A stretch of 64,000 nt of DNA from Desulfosoma sp. (GTDB lineage Bacteria; Desulfobacterota; Syntrophobacteria; Syntrophobacterales; DSM-9756). The notes under the pieces were generated by a model. It was not told where the DNA came from, made no database searches, and worked only from the letters and a program-made list of their open reading frames with translations. The position numbers were made by a program, and so were the translations under genes. The stretch spans positions 32,001-96,000 of the forward strand of contig JBBFKW010000015.1 in NCBI GenBank assembly GCA_037481835.1. Direction: 5' to 3'. This document shows positions 9,138-19,552 of the stretch, in pieces. Each line of letters begins with the position of its first letter. Within the stretch, counting starts at the first letter, position 1.

Positions 9138-10838
9138 CTAGAACGTTCCCGGGTCGGAATAGGTGCCGAAGACCTCGCGATAGAGATCGCAGCATTCCTG
9201 TTCCGTGGCGCCGGCCCGCACCGCGTCGATGAGCGCCGGCATGACGTTGTTTTCCCAACACGGAGGCCCTTCGCAGCGTCGGCGCAGTTCGTCCATGGCC
9301 TTCTGGAGCTTCACCTTGTCGCGCTTTTCCTTGAACTGTCGGGTGCGCTCGATCTGGAAATTTTCCAGCTCGTCGTCGATGCGCAGGACGAACTCCAAAT
9401 CGGGTCGAGCGCTGGGGAACTTGTTCACCCCGATGATGATCTTTTCGCCTTTTTCCACCTGCTGTTGGAAATGATAGGCGGCGTCGGCGATTTCCATCTG
9501 GGGATAGTCCTTTTCGATGGCGGCCACCATCCCTCCCAGCTCATCCAGCTTTCGGATGTAGACCATGGCCTCTTCTTCCATCTTGTCGGTGAGGGCTTCC
9601 ACGAAATAGGAGCCGGCCAGAGGGTCGATCACGTTGGCCACCCCGGTCTCATCGGCCAGGATCTGCTGGGTGCGAAGGGCGATGCGCACGGCTTCCTCGC
9701 TGGGGATCATGTACACTTCATCCAGCGAGTTGGTGTGCAGCGACTGGGTGCCTCCCAGGATGGCCGCCAGGGCTTCCGTGGTGGTCCGGATGATGTTGTT
9801 GTAAGGCTCTTGGGCCGTAAGAGAGCACCCCGCCGTCTGGGTGTGGAAACGGCACATCATGGAACGCGGTTTCTGGGCCTTGAACCGATCTTTCATGAGG
9901 CGGGCCCATAGCCTTCGAGCGGCGCGCATCTTGGCGATTTCTTCGAAGAAATCGATATGGGAGTTCCAGAAGAAGGAAAGGCGCCCGGCGAAGTCGTCCA
10001 CCTTGAGGCCCCGCTTGATGCATTCTTCCACGTAGGTGATGCCGTCGTAGATGGTAAAGGCCAGTTCCTGCACCGCCGTGGCCCCGGCTTCCCGGATGTG
10101 GTAGCCGCTGATGCTGATGGTGTTCCAGCGGGGCACTTCGTACGTGCCGAATTCCACGGTGTCCACGACGAGCCGCAGGCTGGGTTCCGGGGGAAGCATG
10201 AGGGTTTTTTGGGCGATGAATTCCTTGAGGCAGTCGTTTTGGATGGTGCCGCCCAATTTCTTGCGATCGAAGCCTTGGTTTTCCGCGTTCGCGATATACA
10301 TGGCCCAGATGACCGAGGCGGGCGGGTTGATGGTCATGGAGGTGGTCACTTCTTCCAGGTTGATCCCGGCGAAGAGCCGCTGCATGTCGTCAATGGTGTC
10401 GATGGCCACACCGCATTTGCCGCATTCACCGCGGGCCACCGGGGCGTCTGTGTCATAGCCCATGAGCGTCGGGAAATCGAAGGCGGTGCTCAGTCCCGTT
10501 TCCCCGTGTTCGATGAGGTAATGAAAGCGCTTGTTGGTGTCTTCGGCGGTTCCCAGGCCCGCGAACATGCGCATGGTCCACAGTCTCGCCCGGTACATGG
10601 TGGGCTGGACGCCGCGGGTGAAGGGATATTGGCCGGGAAAGCCCAAATCCTGGGAATAATCCTTGTCCTTGATGTCCAGAGGCGTGTAAAGGGCTTTCAC
10701 TTCCATGTCCGAGACGGTGGAAAACCGCTCCAGCCGTTCCGGCATTTTCTGCAAGGCCTTCCCATATTCCTGCAACCAGTCCTGGTACTCCTTTTCCATC
10801 CGATCCAGTTCCGCTTCTGAAAACATCTTTCGGCCCAT
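9138..10838 (-). CDS. acyl-CoA mutase large subunit, probably isobutyryl-CoA mutase type
   Basis: PGQYPFTRG, GTIQND, SISGYHIRE, GGTQSLHTN; specificity positions F (RMFAG) and Q (KEFIAQK). Confidence 0.88.
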   Translation of the reverse strand: MGRKMFSEAELDRMEKEYQDWLQEYGKALQKMPERLERFSTVSDMEVKALYTPLDIKDKDYSQDLGFPGQYPFTRGVQPTMYRARLWTMRMFAGLGTAEDTNKRFHYLIEHGETGLSTAFDFPTLMGYDTDAPVARGECGKCGVAIDTIDDMQRLFAGINLEEVTTSMTINPPASVIWAMYIANAENQGFDRKKLGGTIQNDCLKEFIAQKTLMLPPEPSLRLVVDTVEFGTYEVPRWNTISISGYHIREAGATAVQELAFTIYDGITYVEECIKRGLKVDDFAGRLSFFWNSHIDFFEEIAKMRAARRLWARLMKDRFKAQKPRSMMCRFHTQTAGCSLTAQEPYNNIIRTTTEALAAILGGTQSLHTNSLDEVYMIPSEEAVRIALRTQQILADETGVANVIDPLAGSYFVEALTDKMEEEAMVYIRKLDELGGMVAAIEKDYPQMEIADAAYHFQQQVEKGEKIIIGVNKFPSARPDLEFVLRIDDELENFQIERTRQFKEKRDKVKLQKAMDELRRRCEGPPCWENNVMPALIDAVRAGATEQECCDLYREVFGTYSDPGTF

Positions 10839-11230
10839 AAAGTGTCCCTCCTCCAACGATGAAAACCCTGTGCCCACGGTGCGGATGCGGCGCTTCCCCG
10901 TGCAGCTTCGACCAACGCCACGGGAGCTGCCTCATATCATGAGGGAAATATACGCATAGCGTCTTCGGTCGTCCGCTGCCTTTGCAGGGTCCAAAAGAGC
11001 AGCTTCCGACGGTGCCGTCAAGATTTCTTTCGAAAAGCGATGTCGTCTCGAGGGTGTCCGAGGTGGCATCGCGTGGAATCGAGGGTCTGGACCCGGGGAG
11101 CTTCGCTTGGGGGCCTCTGGCCGTGCCGATTTGATAAGGCCCATGGCAGGGATCGTGTGCGCCCTCTTCGGGCGCTGTGGCCGGAACGGCGTCGCCTGCG
11201 ATCGCCCGAGGCCACGCCCCATCCCCGCGG

Positions 11231-11310
11231 ACCTTAAAAGAGGGGGTTATGCGATGTCAAACAAAATTTTTTTCTCTTGACCATAGCAAAAACCCTGATG
11301 TAGGAAGAAG
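11231..11310. promoter_or_regulatory. possible back-to-back sigma70 promoters for the divergent operons
   Basis: TTGACA on - strand (11255-11260) and TTGACC on + strand (~11277), each with only a weak -10 hexamer 17-18 nt downstream, around an AT-rich core. Confidence 0.3.
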
Positions 11311-11816
11311 CCGAACTGGTACCAAGAACTCGAAAAGAGCGCGCTCCTCCTCGGACTCACGCCGTTCTTCGCTGCAGCGTCTCCCCCGCTCCCCGTTCAC
11401 GACCTCCCCGATCATTGGTACCGATTGGGAAATTTTTCCTTTCATCAAAAGCCGTGCCCTCAAGGGATGCTGTCCATGCGAGATCTTGGTTTCGGGCGGT
11501 TCGATCCTGCGCCGATGCAGGATGTCTTAGATCCTTTCGTAACCCGGCGTTCCATTCCGTTCAGACGGTGCGGTTTTCCCATGATGACCTGACGTGGCGA
11601 CATCCAGACTTACAGTTTCCTCAGCCGATGCCACCCCCGGCGCGCCGCAGGGCGAAGCGCCTTGGCGGGGGCGAAGGCGAAGGGGGGTATTGTTGTGCTT
11701 TTGGACGTTCGTGGATTCCTGCCGACGGAAAGGGGGTGGTGGACGAGCTCGGTCAATGGGGTGAGGGGCTTTGTGAGGGCAACGTGTTTTGAGGGTGAGT
11801 GAATAGGGAGGTTACA

Positions 11817-12053
11817 ATGTTTAAGGGGATGCCGAAAATTTTCTGGATCGGTATGTTGCTCCTTTACGGCTGGTTTTTTCTTTTCTTCATCCTAGAAATT
11901 ACCGTTCCCAAATTTCCTCTGATGAAATTCCTCGGGGTTCCTGCATGCTATGTCTACAATTGGATTGTGGGTCTTTGGATCATCAATATGATTGTCGCCG
12001 CTATTTTCTATCTGGCCGAGGAAGCCCGGGAAGCTCGGCTGGCCAAGAAATAA
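11817..12053 (+). CDS. small two-TM membrane protein, symporter accessory subunit (DUF485-like)
   Basis: Two hydrophobic segments, GGGAGG RBS, immediately upstream of an SSS gene. Confidence 0.75.
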   Translation: MFKGMPKIFWIGMLLLYGWFFLFFILEITVPKFPLMKFLGVPACYVYNWIVGLWIINMIVAAIFYLAEEAREARLAKK

Positions 12054-12063
12054 GGAGGAAAGA

Positions 12064-13659
12064 ATGGGTGCGAATCCAGTTGTTATCGCAGGAGCCCTGA
12101 TCTATTTCGCCATCATGATCGCCATCGGCTATTTCACCCGGAAAGCCGCCTTGAACGCGTCCGATTATTACGTGGCCGGCCGCAAGGTGGGCTCGTTCAT
12201 CAACGGGGCGGCGCTGGCTTCCACGTATCTGAGCCCGGCCAGCTTCTTGGGGCTTCCGGCCTTTATCTTTCTTTTGGGCTATCCCTTCTGGTGGGCCCTG
12301 GTGGGGATCATCGGCGGCATGCCCATCGCGACCCTCTTGACGGCCGCTCCCTTGCGCAAATACGCTCCCACTTCTTTTACGGACTACTACGCGGACCGTT
12401 ACGACACCAAGTGGATGCGCCTCATCGCGGGCGTTCCCACCATTATCGCCGGTTTTGCCTACGTGACCCTTTCCATCGTCGGGACGGCGCTCTTCATGCT
12501 CGCCATCTTGAAGCTCAACTACAATATTTCGGTGGTCATCGGGGCTCTGGTGGTTTTCATTTACGTCTTTTACGGCGGGATGGTGGCCACCACCTGGTCG
12601 GCGGCTTTTCAAGGGGTGACCATGGCTGCGGCGGCGGTCATCGGCGCCATTTACACCATCGCTCATTTCGGCGGCCTGAATCCCATGACGGATGCCATTC
12701 TGAGCGTGACCCCGAACTTCTTTAATTGCCCCTACGTCAGCGAAAAACCGTCCAGCGCCCTCATGGGCATGTGGACCGGCATCGTGGGCTTTTACTTTAC
12801 GTGGCATTTCGGTTTTGCGGCCATGCCATACACGGTGGTGCGCTTCTTTACGGCCCAGGACATCAAGTCGGCTCGGCGAAGCGTTTTCTGGGCCATCTTT
12901 TTCGGCGGTTCCATGTACGTGGGGTTGATCATTATCGGTTCGGCCGCCCGGGTGCTCATCGAAACCCTGCACCCCTACATGTCGGTTGAAGGCGTCAAAG
13001 ACGCCATGGGCGTGCTCAAGCACATGAAAGGCGTCTACGGCGTGGGTGGGGCGGCTGTCACGGACTACTCCATGATCGCCGCCATGGAAGGCTTGAAGAG
13101 CCCGTTGCTGTTGGCCGTGATCTGCGCCGGCGGTTTGGCCATCGCCATGTCCACGGCGGCCGGCTGGACCATGGTGCTCAACGTCCTGCTGGGCCGGGAC
13201 CTCATCGGCAAGGTCTTCGGGAGCAAATGGCCTGAGGAAAAGCCGGTCCAGGTGACCCGGATCATGACCGTCATCATCACGGTCATCTGCACTCTGGTGG
13301 CGTTCAGTCCACCCGCGCTGGTTCTGGATATTTCGGGCGCGGCCTTCATCGTGATCCTGTGCTCCGTCGGTCCTCCGCTCATCCTGGGGATCTGGTGGGA
13401 CAAGGCGAACACCACCGCGGCCGTGATCAACATCATTGTCATGACCGTTTTGTCGACCTACTCCTGGATGTACGCCAACAGCAAACTGGGAAGCGCTCAC
13501 TGGTTCTTCCTGAGCCAAAAAGGTGGTATTGTGACACCTCACCAGTTTTACTGGGTGTTCGTCGGGTTCGTATTCTTTGTGTTGGTCAGTTTGGTGACCA
13601 AGCCCAACAGGCCTGAGGTGATCCAGAAGTATTCTTACAATTTGAGACCGGAAAACTAG
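12064..13659 (+). CDS. sodium:solute symporter (ActP-like monocarboxylate permease)
   Basis: DYYVAGR, ASTYLSPASFLG, GGMVATTW, RFFTA...ARRS; many TM segments. Confidence 0.9.
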   Translation: MGANPVVIAGALIYFAIMIAIGYFTRKAALNASDYYVAGRKVGSFINGAALASTYLSPASFLGLPAFIFLLGYPFWWALVGIIGGMPIATLLTAAPLRKYAPTSFTDYYADRYDTKWMRLIAGVPTIIAGFAYVTLSIVGTALFMLAILKLNYNISVVIGALVVFIYVFYGGMVATTWSAAFQGVTMAAAAVIGAIYTIAHFGGLNPMTDAILSVTPNFFNCPYVSEKPSSALMGMWTGIVGFYFTWHFGFAAMPYTVVRFFTAQDIKSARRSVFWAIFFGGSMYVGLIIIGSAARVLIETLHPYMSVEGVKDAMGVLKHMKGVYGVGGAAVTDYSMIAAMEGLKSPLLLAVICAGGLAIAMSTAAGWTMVLNVLLGRDLIGKVFGSKWPEEKPVQVTRIMTVIITVICTLVAFSPPALVLDISGAAFIVILCSVGPPLILGIWWDKANTTAAVINIIVMTVLSTYSWMYANSKLGSAHWFFLSQKGGIVTPHQFYWVFVGFVFFVLVSLVTKPNRPEVIQKYSYNLRPEN

Positions 13660-13741
13660 CGGGAGCCGGACGGACCGGGGGAAGCCTCGGTTCGTCCTTC
13701 CCGCACGTCGCAGATGCGGGAAGGCACACCAGAGGGGATTC

Positions 13742-13975
13742 ATGGCGGAACAGAGTCACAACGAAAGATTGGAGCGCTGGGAGCGGCACCGTCGGCGATG
13801 GTATCTTTTATATTTTTACGTCGGGGTTGGGATTAACTTGTTGCTCTATTTTACAAAGCCTTACGGGTTCGATCCCAGCGGCAGTCTCTTCTGGGGATCT
13901 TTTTATGGTATTGGGATTCCCCTGTGCACCATGTTTCTCGGGGTTGCAATCCACCGAAAGCTTTTGGGCGCCTAA
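13742..13975 (+). CDS. small membrane protein, unknown function
   Basis: 77 aa, two hydrophobic segments, RBS-like GAGGGG, operon spacing. Confidence 0.6.
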   Translation: MAEQSHNERLERWERHRRRWYLLYFYVGVGINLLLYFTKPYGFDPSGSLFWGSFYGIGIPLCTMFLGVAIHRKLLGA

Positions 13976-13983
13976 ATTCTCGG

Positions 13984-14892
13984 ATGAAACCTATTCTGTT
14001 GCTTCCCGTCGTTTTAATCGTCTTGGGGGTGTGTGCATTCATCACGGAAGGCTCCGTCGCTTCGGCGGAGGTCACCTTTGTCCATGAGGTGGAAGCGGAA
14101 GATCTTTTTTCCGGCAAGAAGGTCGTCACATTGACCACCGGTTACGGGGCTGATGGGATCTACATGGACCAGCAACGGCAGTACACGGGATCCTGGATGC
14201 GACTGCTCTTCGGGGGGGTCCGCCGGGACCGCCGGACGGTGGTCATCTCCCTGGCCGGCGGGGACATTCGGGAGCTCGATTGGGGCCGGGATAAATGCCG
14301 CATTTTTCCCTTGGATCGGCTGAGGGATCCCTCGTGGATCCACAGCCTGGAAAAGCCTCGGGAGGATCTGCAGCCGCTCATGGCCGACCGGTACCAGGTG
14401 CAGGCTCCCCAGCTGACGATTACGAGCGACGAGGCGGAAGAACGCATCGGAAACTACCGATGCCGGCACGTGAAAGCGCACCTGCGGCTGGACACTTTCG
14501 ACAGGTTGCGGGAAGCGCACAGCGTGACCGAAGTGCAGCAGGATTTGTGGCTTTCGGACGAGGTGCCGGGGTTGGCGGAAAGCCTTCGGGTGCACCAAAG
14601 CCTGGGGGATCTTCTCGGGTTGGAAAAAGAGCGGTTCGGGCCCCTCTCTTTCCTCTTGTCCTATTGGCAGGGCCCTTTGCTGCCCATCGCCGTTGATTTG
14701 GAAAAGGTCCGGGGGTACCCGGTCAAAAGCACGGTGCGCGTTACGGCGCACTACATCCCCAAAGAAGGGGAATCGAAGAAGGTGAGTCGTGTCGTTAACG
14801 AAGAAACCAGTATGTTGAAGGAGGTCATCCCGGCCCTGGACAAAGCCTTGTACGCGGTTCCTCCCCATTTCTCAACGGTTCGTGTTCCTTAG
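13984..14892 (+). CDS. exported protein of unknown function (possibly DUF4412-like)
   Basis: N-terminal signal peptide; [10 protein letters not shown] and LWLS...GYPVKS pattern. Confidence 0.65.
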   Translation: MKPILLLPVVLIVLGVCAFITEGSVASAEVTFVHEVEAEDLFSGKKVVTLTTGYGADGIYMDQQRQYTGSWMRLLFGGVRRDRRTVVISLAGGDIRELDWGRDKCRIFPLDRLRDPSWIHSLEKPREDLQPLMADRYQVQAPQLTITSDEAEERIGNYRCRHVKAHLRLDTFDRLREAHSVTEVQQDLWLSDEVPGLAESLRVHQSLGDLLGLEKERFGPLSFLLSYWQGPLLPIAVDLEKVRGYPVKSTVRVTAHYIPKEGESKKVSRVVNEETSMLKEVIPALDKALYAVPPHFSTVRVP

Positions 14893-14938
14893 GTGTTCAA
14901 ATGGGTTAACGTATCGTTCCAACGAAAGGGAGTCATCC

Positions 14939-16282
14939 ATGGCACGAGAAGACTATTTCAAATGGGCGGAAAGCGTTCTCGATCCTTCCAAGACTTTTGA
15001 AAAGCCGGAAGCTTTGGCGGACATCAAGATTGTGGAGCTCTGCACCTTGATCTTGGGGCCTTCGTTGCCCGCATACTTATCCGAACTCGGCGCGACCGTC
15101 TTCAAAGTGGAACTGCCCGGTATGGGCGACACCATGCGGTCCCTGACGCCTTTCGCCAAGTTTTTCAACGGAGCGGCCATGGGATGGCTGAAGGAAGCCC
15201 GAAACAAGTATCATTTGGCCATCGACGTGCGCGTGCAGGAAGGGGCGGAGCTCTTCAAAGAGCTGGTCAAGCGCTCGGACGTGGTGGTGGAAAACCTGCG
15301 GGCCGGCACCATGGACAAATGGGGGATCGGCTACCGCCAGCTCCGAGAAATTAATCCGCGCATCATCTACATCGCCTTGAACGGGTTCGGCCAATGGGGC
15401 CCGTACTTGGAACGGCCGTCCTACGACGCCATCGCCCAGTCGGAATCGGGGGAAGCCTGGATCAGCGGCTTTCCCGATAAGCTGCCCATGAAGGCCGGCA
15501 TTTGGTTGGCGGACTATTACGGAGGCCTCGTCGGCGCGGTCGGAGTGCTCGCCGCCCTGGCCCACCGGGACCGCACGGGACGCGGCCAATACATCGAATA
15601 CTCCCAGGCGGAAAATCTCATGCGGGCCATGGACTGGACTTGGCTTTACCAGCACTTCACCGGCAAGTGCCGCGAGCGGTACGGCAATCGGGACGTGAGC
15701 ATCTGCCCGGCGGATATTGTTCCCAGCAAGGACGGCGAAATGGTGGCCATCGGCGCCGCCACGGACAAACAGTTCCAAGGATTGTGCGAGGCCATGGGAA
15801 AGCCGGAACTGGCCCGGGATCCGCGTTTCGCCACCCACCTGGAACGCCTCAAGGAAGAAAACGCCCTGGAATTGTTGGCGACCATCCGCCAATGGGCGGC
15901 TGGGAAGACCTATGGGGAAATCGACGAGCTGGCCGGCCGCTACGGGTTCGGCGCCCAAAAGGTGTCCAACGGCAAGGACCATTTCGAAGACGAACACCTG
16001 CGCAAACGCAATTTCACGTATTACGTGGATGATCCCATCTATGGCGATTTTTATGAAGAGGGCATTGCGCCGAAACTTTCGGAAACGCCGGGTCGGATCA
16101 AATGGGCCGGAAAGCCCGTGGGCTTCGACAACGAATACGTGCTCAAGCGCTTCCTCGGGCTGAAGACCAAGAAGATCAAATACCTCAAGGAAAAGAACAT
16201 TATCGGCAAATGGGTGGATGTGCCTCCCGGCCGCAAACCGCCCGAAAGGTGGGACGGCAAATCGGGCATCCTTCTCGCCTAA
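14939..16282 (+). CDS. class III (CaiB/BaiF) CoA-transferase, subunit retaining catalytic Asp
   Basis: [49 protein letters not shown]. Confidence 0.9.
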   Translation: MAREDYFKWAESVLDPSKTFEKPEALADIKIVELCTLILGPSLPAYLSELGATVFKVELPGMGDTMRSLTPFAKFFNGAAMGWLKEARNKYHLAIDVRVQEGAELFKELVKRSDVVVENLRAGTMDKWGIGYRQLREINPRIIYIALNGFGQWGPYLERPSYDAIAQSESGEAWISGFPDKLPMKAGIWLADYYGGLVGAVGVLAALAHRDRTGRGQYIEYSQAENLMRAMDWTWLYQHFTGKCRERYGNRDVSICPADIVPSKDGEMVAIGAATDKQFQGLCEAMGKPELARDPRFATHLERLKEENALELLATIRQWAAGKTYGEIDELAGRYGFGAQKVSNGKDHFEDEHLRKRNFTYYVDDPIYGDFYEEGIAPKLSETPGRIKWAGKPVGFDNEYVLKRFLGLKTKKIKYLKEKNIIGKWVDVPPGRKPPERWDGKSGILLA

Positions 16283-16338
16283 GCATTAACGAAGCATCCT
16301 TTGTGACGGAAAACTCTATGGTTTCAGGGAGGACATCG

Positions 16339-17661
16339 ATGCATATGGAAAAGGAAAAAAGCTGGGGCGATTGGATTCGGGAACTGGACGATCCGGCGAA
16401 GAACCGAGAAAAACCCGAAGCGCTCGATCACATCACGGTGCTGGATGTGAGCTATGCCAATATGGCGGGGTGTTTCTGCACGTCCACGCTGGCCGAATTC
16501 GGGGCCAACGTCATCCGCATCGAACCCCCGGACGGGGATCCGGCCCGCACTTTCTCCCCGTGGGGCTACATGCACATGGGGACCGGTTTGGGGTACCTGA
16601 ACGAAGGGCGGAACAAGCACCACGTGACCTTGAACCTAGAGTCCGAAGAAGGGCAGGAGATCTTCCGAAAGCTGGCCAGGAGAGCCGATGTGGTGGTGGA
16701 AACCTTCCTGCCGGGAACCATGGATGCCTGGGGCATCGGCTACAGGCAGCTCAAAGAACTCAACCCGCGCCTCATCTACTGCGCCCTCTACACCTACGGG
16801 CAGTTCGGCCCCAAGGCCGCGTGCGGCAAAGCCGACGTGGACGTGGTGGACCAGGCCTATTCGGGCGTGGTGTCGGTGAGCGGCGAACCTCCGGAAGATC
16901 CCCAGAATCCCAAACCCTCGGAAGTGCCCACCAAGCAAGGGAACTGGATGGGCTGGTATGCCGGCGGGGCCTGGGCGTCCGTGGCCATTCTCGCCGCCCT
17001 TCACTACAGGGTCGGCTCGGGCAAGGGCCAGTTCATCGACGTGTCCCCGGCGGAAGCCTACGGCCGGTGCATCAATTACGGGATCACCTATTACTACGGC
17101 TTCAAGGACACCATTCCGCGCGTGGGCAACTACGATGTGGGCGTTTTCCCTTACACCTACTTCAAGTGCAAGGACGGCTTTGCCTTCCTGTCCGGGTTCG
17201 CCGACCCCAACTGGAAGGCCTTGTGCACCATTATCAACCGTCCCGATTTGCAACAGCAGTTCCCCACCATTTTCGAACGGCTCAATGTGGACAACATGAA
17301 GGTCATGTACAAGGAAATCGAAAAGTGGACCACGGCCCACACCTACGACGAGATTTTCGATGCGGTCATGGATTACAATAAAAATATCGGCCAGGGCGTG
17401 GTCGTCCCCGGTCGGATTTCCTCGCCCATGGATACCATGAAGGCGGAAAACTGGTGGGTGCGCATGGCTTTGGAAACCATCGACGATCCCCATTACGGCG
17501 AAGTCACCATCGCCAATCACGCCCACAAGATGACGGAAACGCCGCCGCGCGTGAAATGGATTTGTCGGCCCGTGGGGGCGGACAACTACTACGTTTATGC
17601 CAGGATGTTGGGCTACGGGCCCAAGCGGCTGGAAGAGCTCAAGGAAAAAGGGATCATCTGA
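16339..17661 (+). CDS. class III CoA-transferase paralog, probably non-catalytic subunit
   Basis: FGANVIRIEPPDGD, RNKHHVTLN, DVVVETFLPG; MGWYAGG at the catalytic Asp position. Confidence 0.88.
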   Translation: MHMEKEKSWGDWIRELDDPAKNREKPEALDHITVLDVSYANMAGCFCTSTLAEFGANVIRIEPPDGDPARTFSPWGYMHMGTGLGYLNEGRNKHHVTLNLESEEGQEIFRKLARRADVVVETFLPGTMDAWGIGYRQLKELNPRLIYCALYTYGQFGPKAACGKADVDVVDQAYSGVVSVSGEPPEDPQNPKPSEVPTKQGNWMGWYAGGAWASVAILAALHYRVGSGKGQFIDVSPAEAYGRCINYGITYYYGFKDTIPRVGNYDVGVFPYTYFKCKDGFAFLSGFADPNWKALCTIINRPDLQQQFPTIFERLNVDNMKVMYKEIEKWTTAHTYDEIFDAVMDYNKNIGQGVVVPGRISSPMDTMKAENWWVRMALETIDDPHYGEVTIANHAHKMTETPPRVKWICRPVGADNYYVYARMLGYGPKRLEELKEKGII

Positions 17662-17681
17662 TCTCGCAGTGTTGTGAACCC

Positions 17682-17717
17682 CAAAGAAAAAGGCCACGCT
17701 CGTGGCCTTTTTCTTTG
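17682..17717. terminator. intrinsic terminator, possibly bidirectional
   Basis: Perfect inverted repeat caaagaaaaaggccacg-ct-cgtggcctttttctttg just after the CoA-transferase stop. Confidence 0.8.
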
Positions 17718-17743
17718 CGCCGGCTCCGCATCGGGGTGGCCCA

Positions 17744-19552
17744 ATGATTCCTCCAAAAGAATTCCTTCGAAAAATCAAGCCATTTTCTTTTCTCCCCGAA
17801 GAGCACCTCGCGGCCTTGGTGGGGGGGTTGGACGTGGCCATGTACCAGGCGGGGGCCGTCATCTTCAACAAGGGGGACGTGTGCCCGTCTGTCTTCCTGG
17901 TTTTTTCGGGCCTTGTGGGACTCTACGACGGTGACGAGGTGGTGGACCTGGTCGCTAAGGGGGAAATCTTCGGCCTCCTTTCCGCCTTGCACCGGAGCCC
18001 GTCCTATTACGAAGCCCGTGCGCTGGAGGACAGCCTCTGCTACCTCATCGACGCTGAAGTCTTCGAGAGGGTCTATCAGGCGCACAGCGCCTTCGCTTCC
18101 TTTTTCAGCACGTTCATCGAACGGCGCTTTCGATCCTTCTCCATGCTCGCCCGGGATCAAGAGTCGGTCCAGGAGGGCGCGGCTTCCGTTCTCGTAGAAA
18201 CGCTTCTCACCAAGGGACCGGTCATGTGCGCCCCCGATACCCCCGTCCGGGAAGCCGTGCGCATCATGGATACCCATCGGGTGGGTTCGGTGATCGTCGT
18301 CCAAGAAGGCAAGCCCGTGGGCATCCTGACCAACAGGGACATGCGACGGGTGCTCCTTGAAGGGTCTGCGGACAGCCTGGTCAAGGAGTTCATGTCGTCT
18401 CCGGTGACGACCGTGGATCGTCGGGCTTCAGTGCTGGAAGCCTACAGCACGCTGCTCAGGACCGGGATCGACCACCTGGTCGTTGCGGACTCCGACGGAA
18501 TCTGGGGCGTGGTAACAAGCAAGGACGTGCTCTCACAGTTGGAACCGTCCTCGTCCATTCTTTCCCTGTATCGCAAGGTGCTCAAGGCCACGGACTTGGA
18601 AGAGTTGCAGAGCGCTTTTCAAGCCATTCGATTGGCCGTATCGGAAATGGCCCTCAAGGGCACCCATTTTTATCAATTGTCCCGCATGATCACCTCGGTC
18701 TACGATATGGTGGTCATCAAGGTGATTCAAAGGCACACTGGGGAGGAGGGCGAAGGACAGGATTTTCTATGGGTGCACGTGGGCAGTTCCGGCCGCAAGG
18801 AACAGATTCTCACCACGGATCAAGACAGTGCCCTCATCTGCGGTCTTTCGTGCCCGCGTGTGGACGCCGCCGAGCGCATCAGCAGCGATCTAGCAAAAGT
18901 CGGCATTCCCCAGTGCCCTGCGGGGTACATGGCCTCCAATCCCCGTTGGCATCTCAGCCTCGAGCAGTGGAAGGAGCAGTTCCGGCGCTGGTTCTTGGAA
19001 CCGATTCCGGACCATGTGCGTTACCTCACAGTGTTCTTGGACCTGCGGGGAGTCTACGGCCGGATGGAGCTGCTCGGCAGCCTCATCGATTACATTCACG
19101 AGACCGTCACCAATCAGGCAGTGCGCTTTCTTGCCTACGATGCGGCTCTTCATGAACCGCCCATCGGCATTTTCGGGATCAAACATAGGGATCGCGGGAT
19201 CGATTTGAAACGTTTCGGCATTTATCCTATTGCCAACGGCATTCGCGTGATGATCCTGGACCACAGGATGCTGCGCATCACCAACACGCGGGAACGCATC
19301 GAAGCGCTGAGGGACGGCGGCGTTTTGGGGAAAGAAACTGCAGGCGACCTCCTCGAGGCCTATGCGTTTCTCCAGGATCTTCGGTTGCGGCACCAGGCCC
19401 GGCGACTGAAACACGGCGGAGCCGAAACGAATCTTCTCATGGCTGAACATCTGGACAAGATGGATCTCCTGGTCCTCAAGGAATCCCTTAAGGTCGTGGC
19501 CTCTTTCCAGAAGAACCTCAAAGCCCGTTACGGCGTCGATCGAGGGCTTTGA
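17744..19552 (+). CDS. cNMP-binding / CBS pair / DUF294 nucleotidyltransferase protein
   Basis: N-terminal cNMP domain (GEIFG), two CBS repeats (GILTNRD, GVVTSKD), GSSGRKEQ...TDQD, CPAGYMASNPRW. Confidence 0.88.
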   Translation: MIPPKEFLRKIKPFSFLPEEHLAALVGGLDVAMYQAGAVIFNKGDVCPSVFLVFSGLVGLYDGDEVVDLVAKGEIFGLLSALHRSPSYYEARALEDSLCYLIDAEVFERVYQAHSAFASFFSTFIERRFRSFSMLARDQESVQEGAASVLVETLLTKGPVMCAPDTPVREAVRIMDTHRVGSVIVVQEGKPVGILTNRDMRRVLLEGSADSLVKEFMSSPVTTVDRRASVLEAYSTLLRTGIDHLVVADSDGIWGVVTSKDVLSQLEPSSSILSLYRKVLKATDLEELQSAFQAIRLAVSEMALKGTHFYQLSRMITSVYDMVVIKVIQRHTGEEGEGQDFLWVHVGSSGRKEQILTTDQDSALICGLSCPRVDAAERISSDLAKVGIPQCPAGYMASNPRWHLSLEQWKEQFRRWFLEPIPDHVRYLTVFLDLRGVYGRMELLGSLIDYIHETVTNQAVRFLAYDAALHEPPIGIFGIKHRDRGIDLKRFGIYPIANGIRVMILDHRMLRITNTRERIEALRDGGVLGKETAGDLLEAYAFLQDLRLRHQARRLKHGGAETNLLMAEHLDKMDLLVLKESLKVVASFQKNLKARYGVDRGL

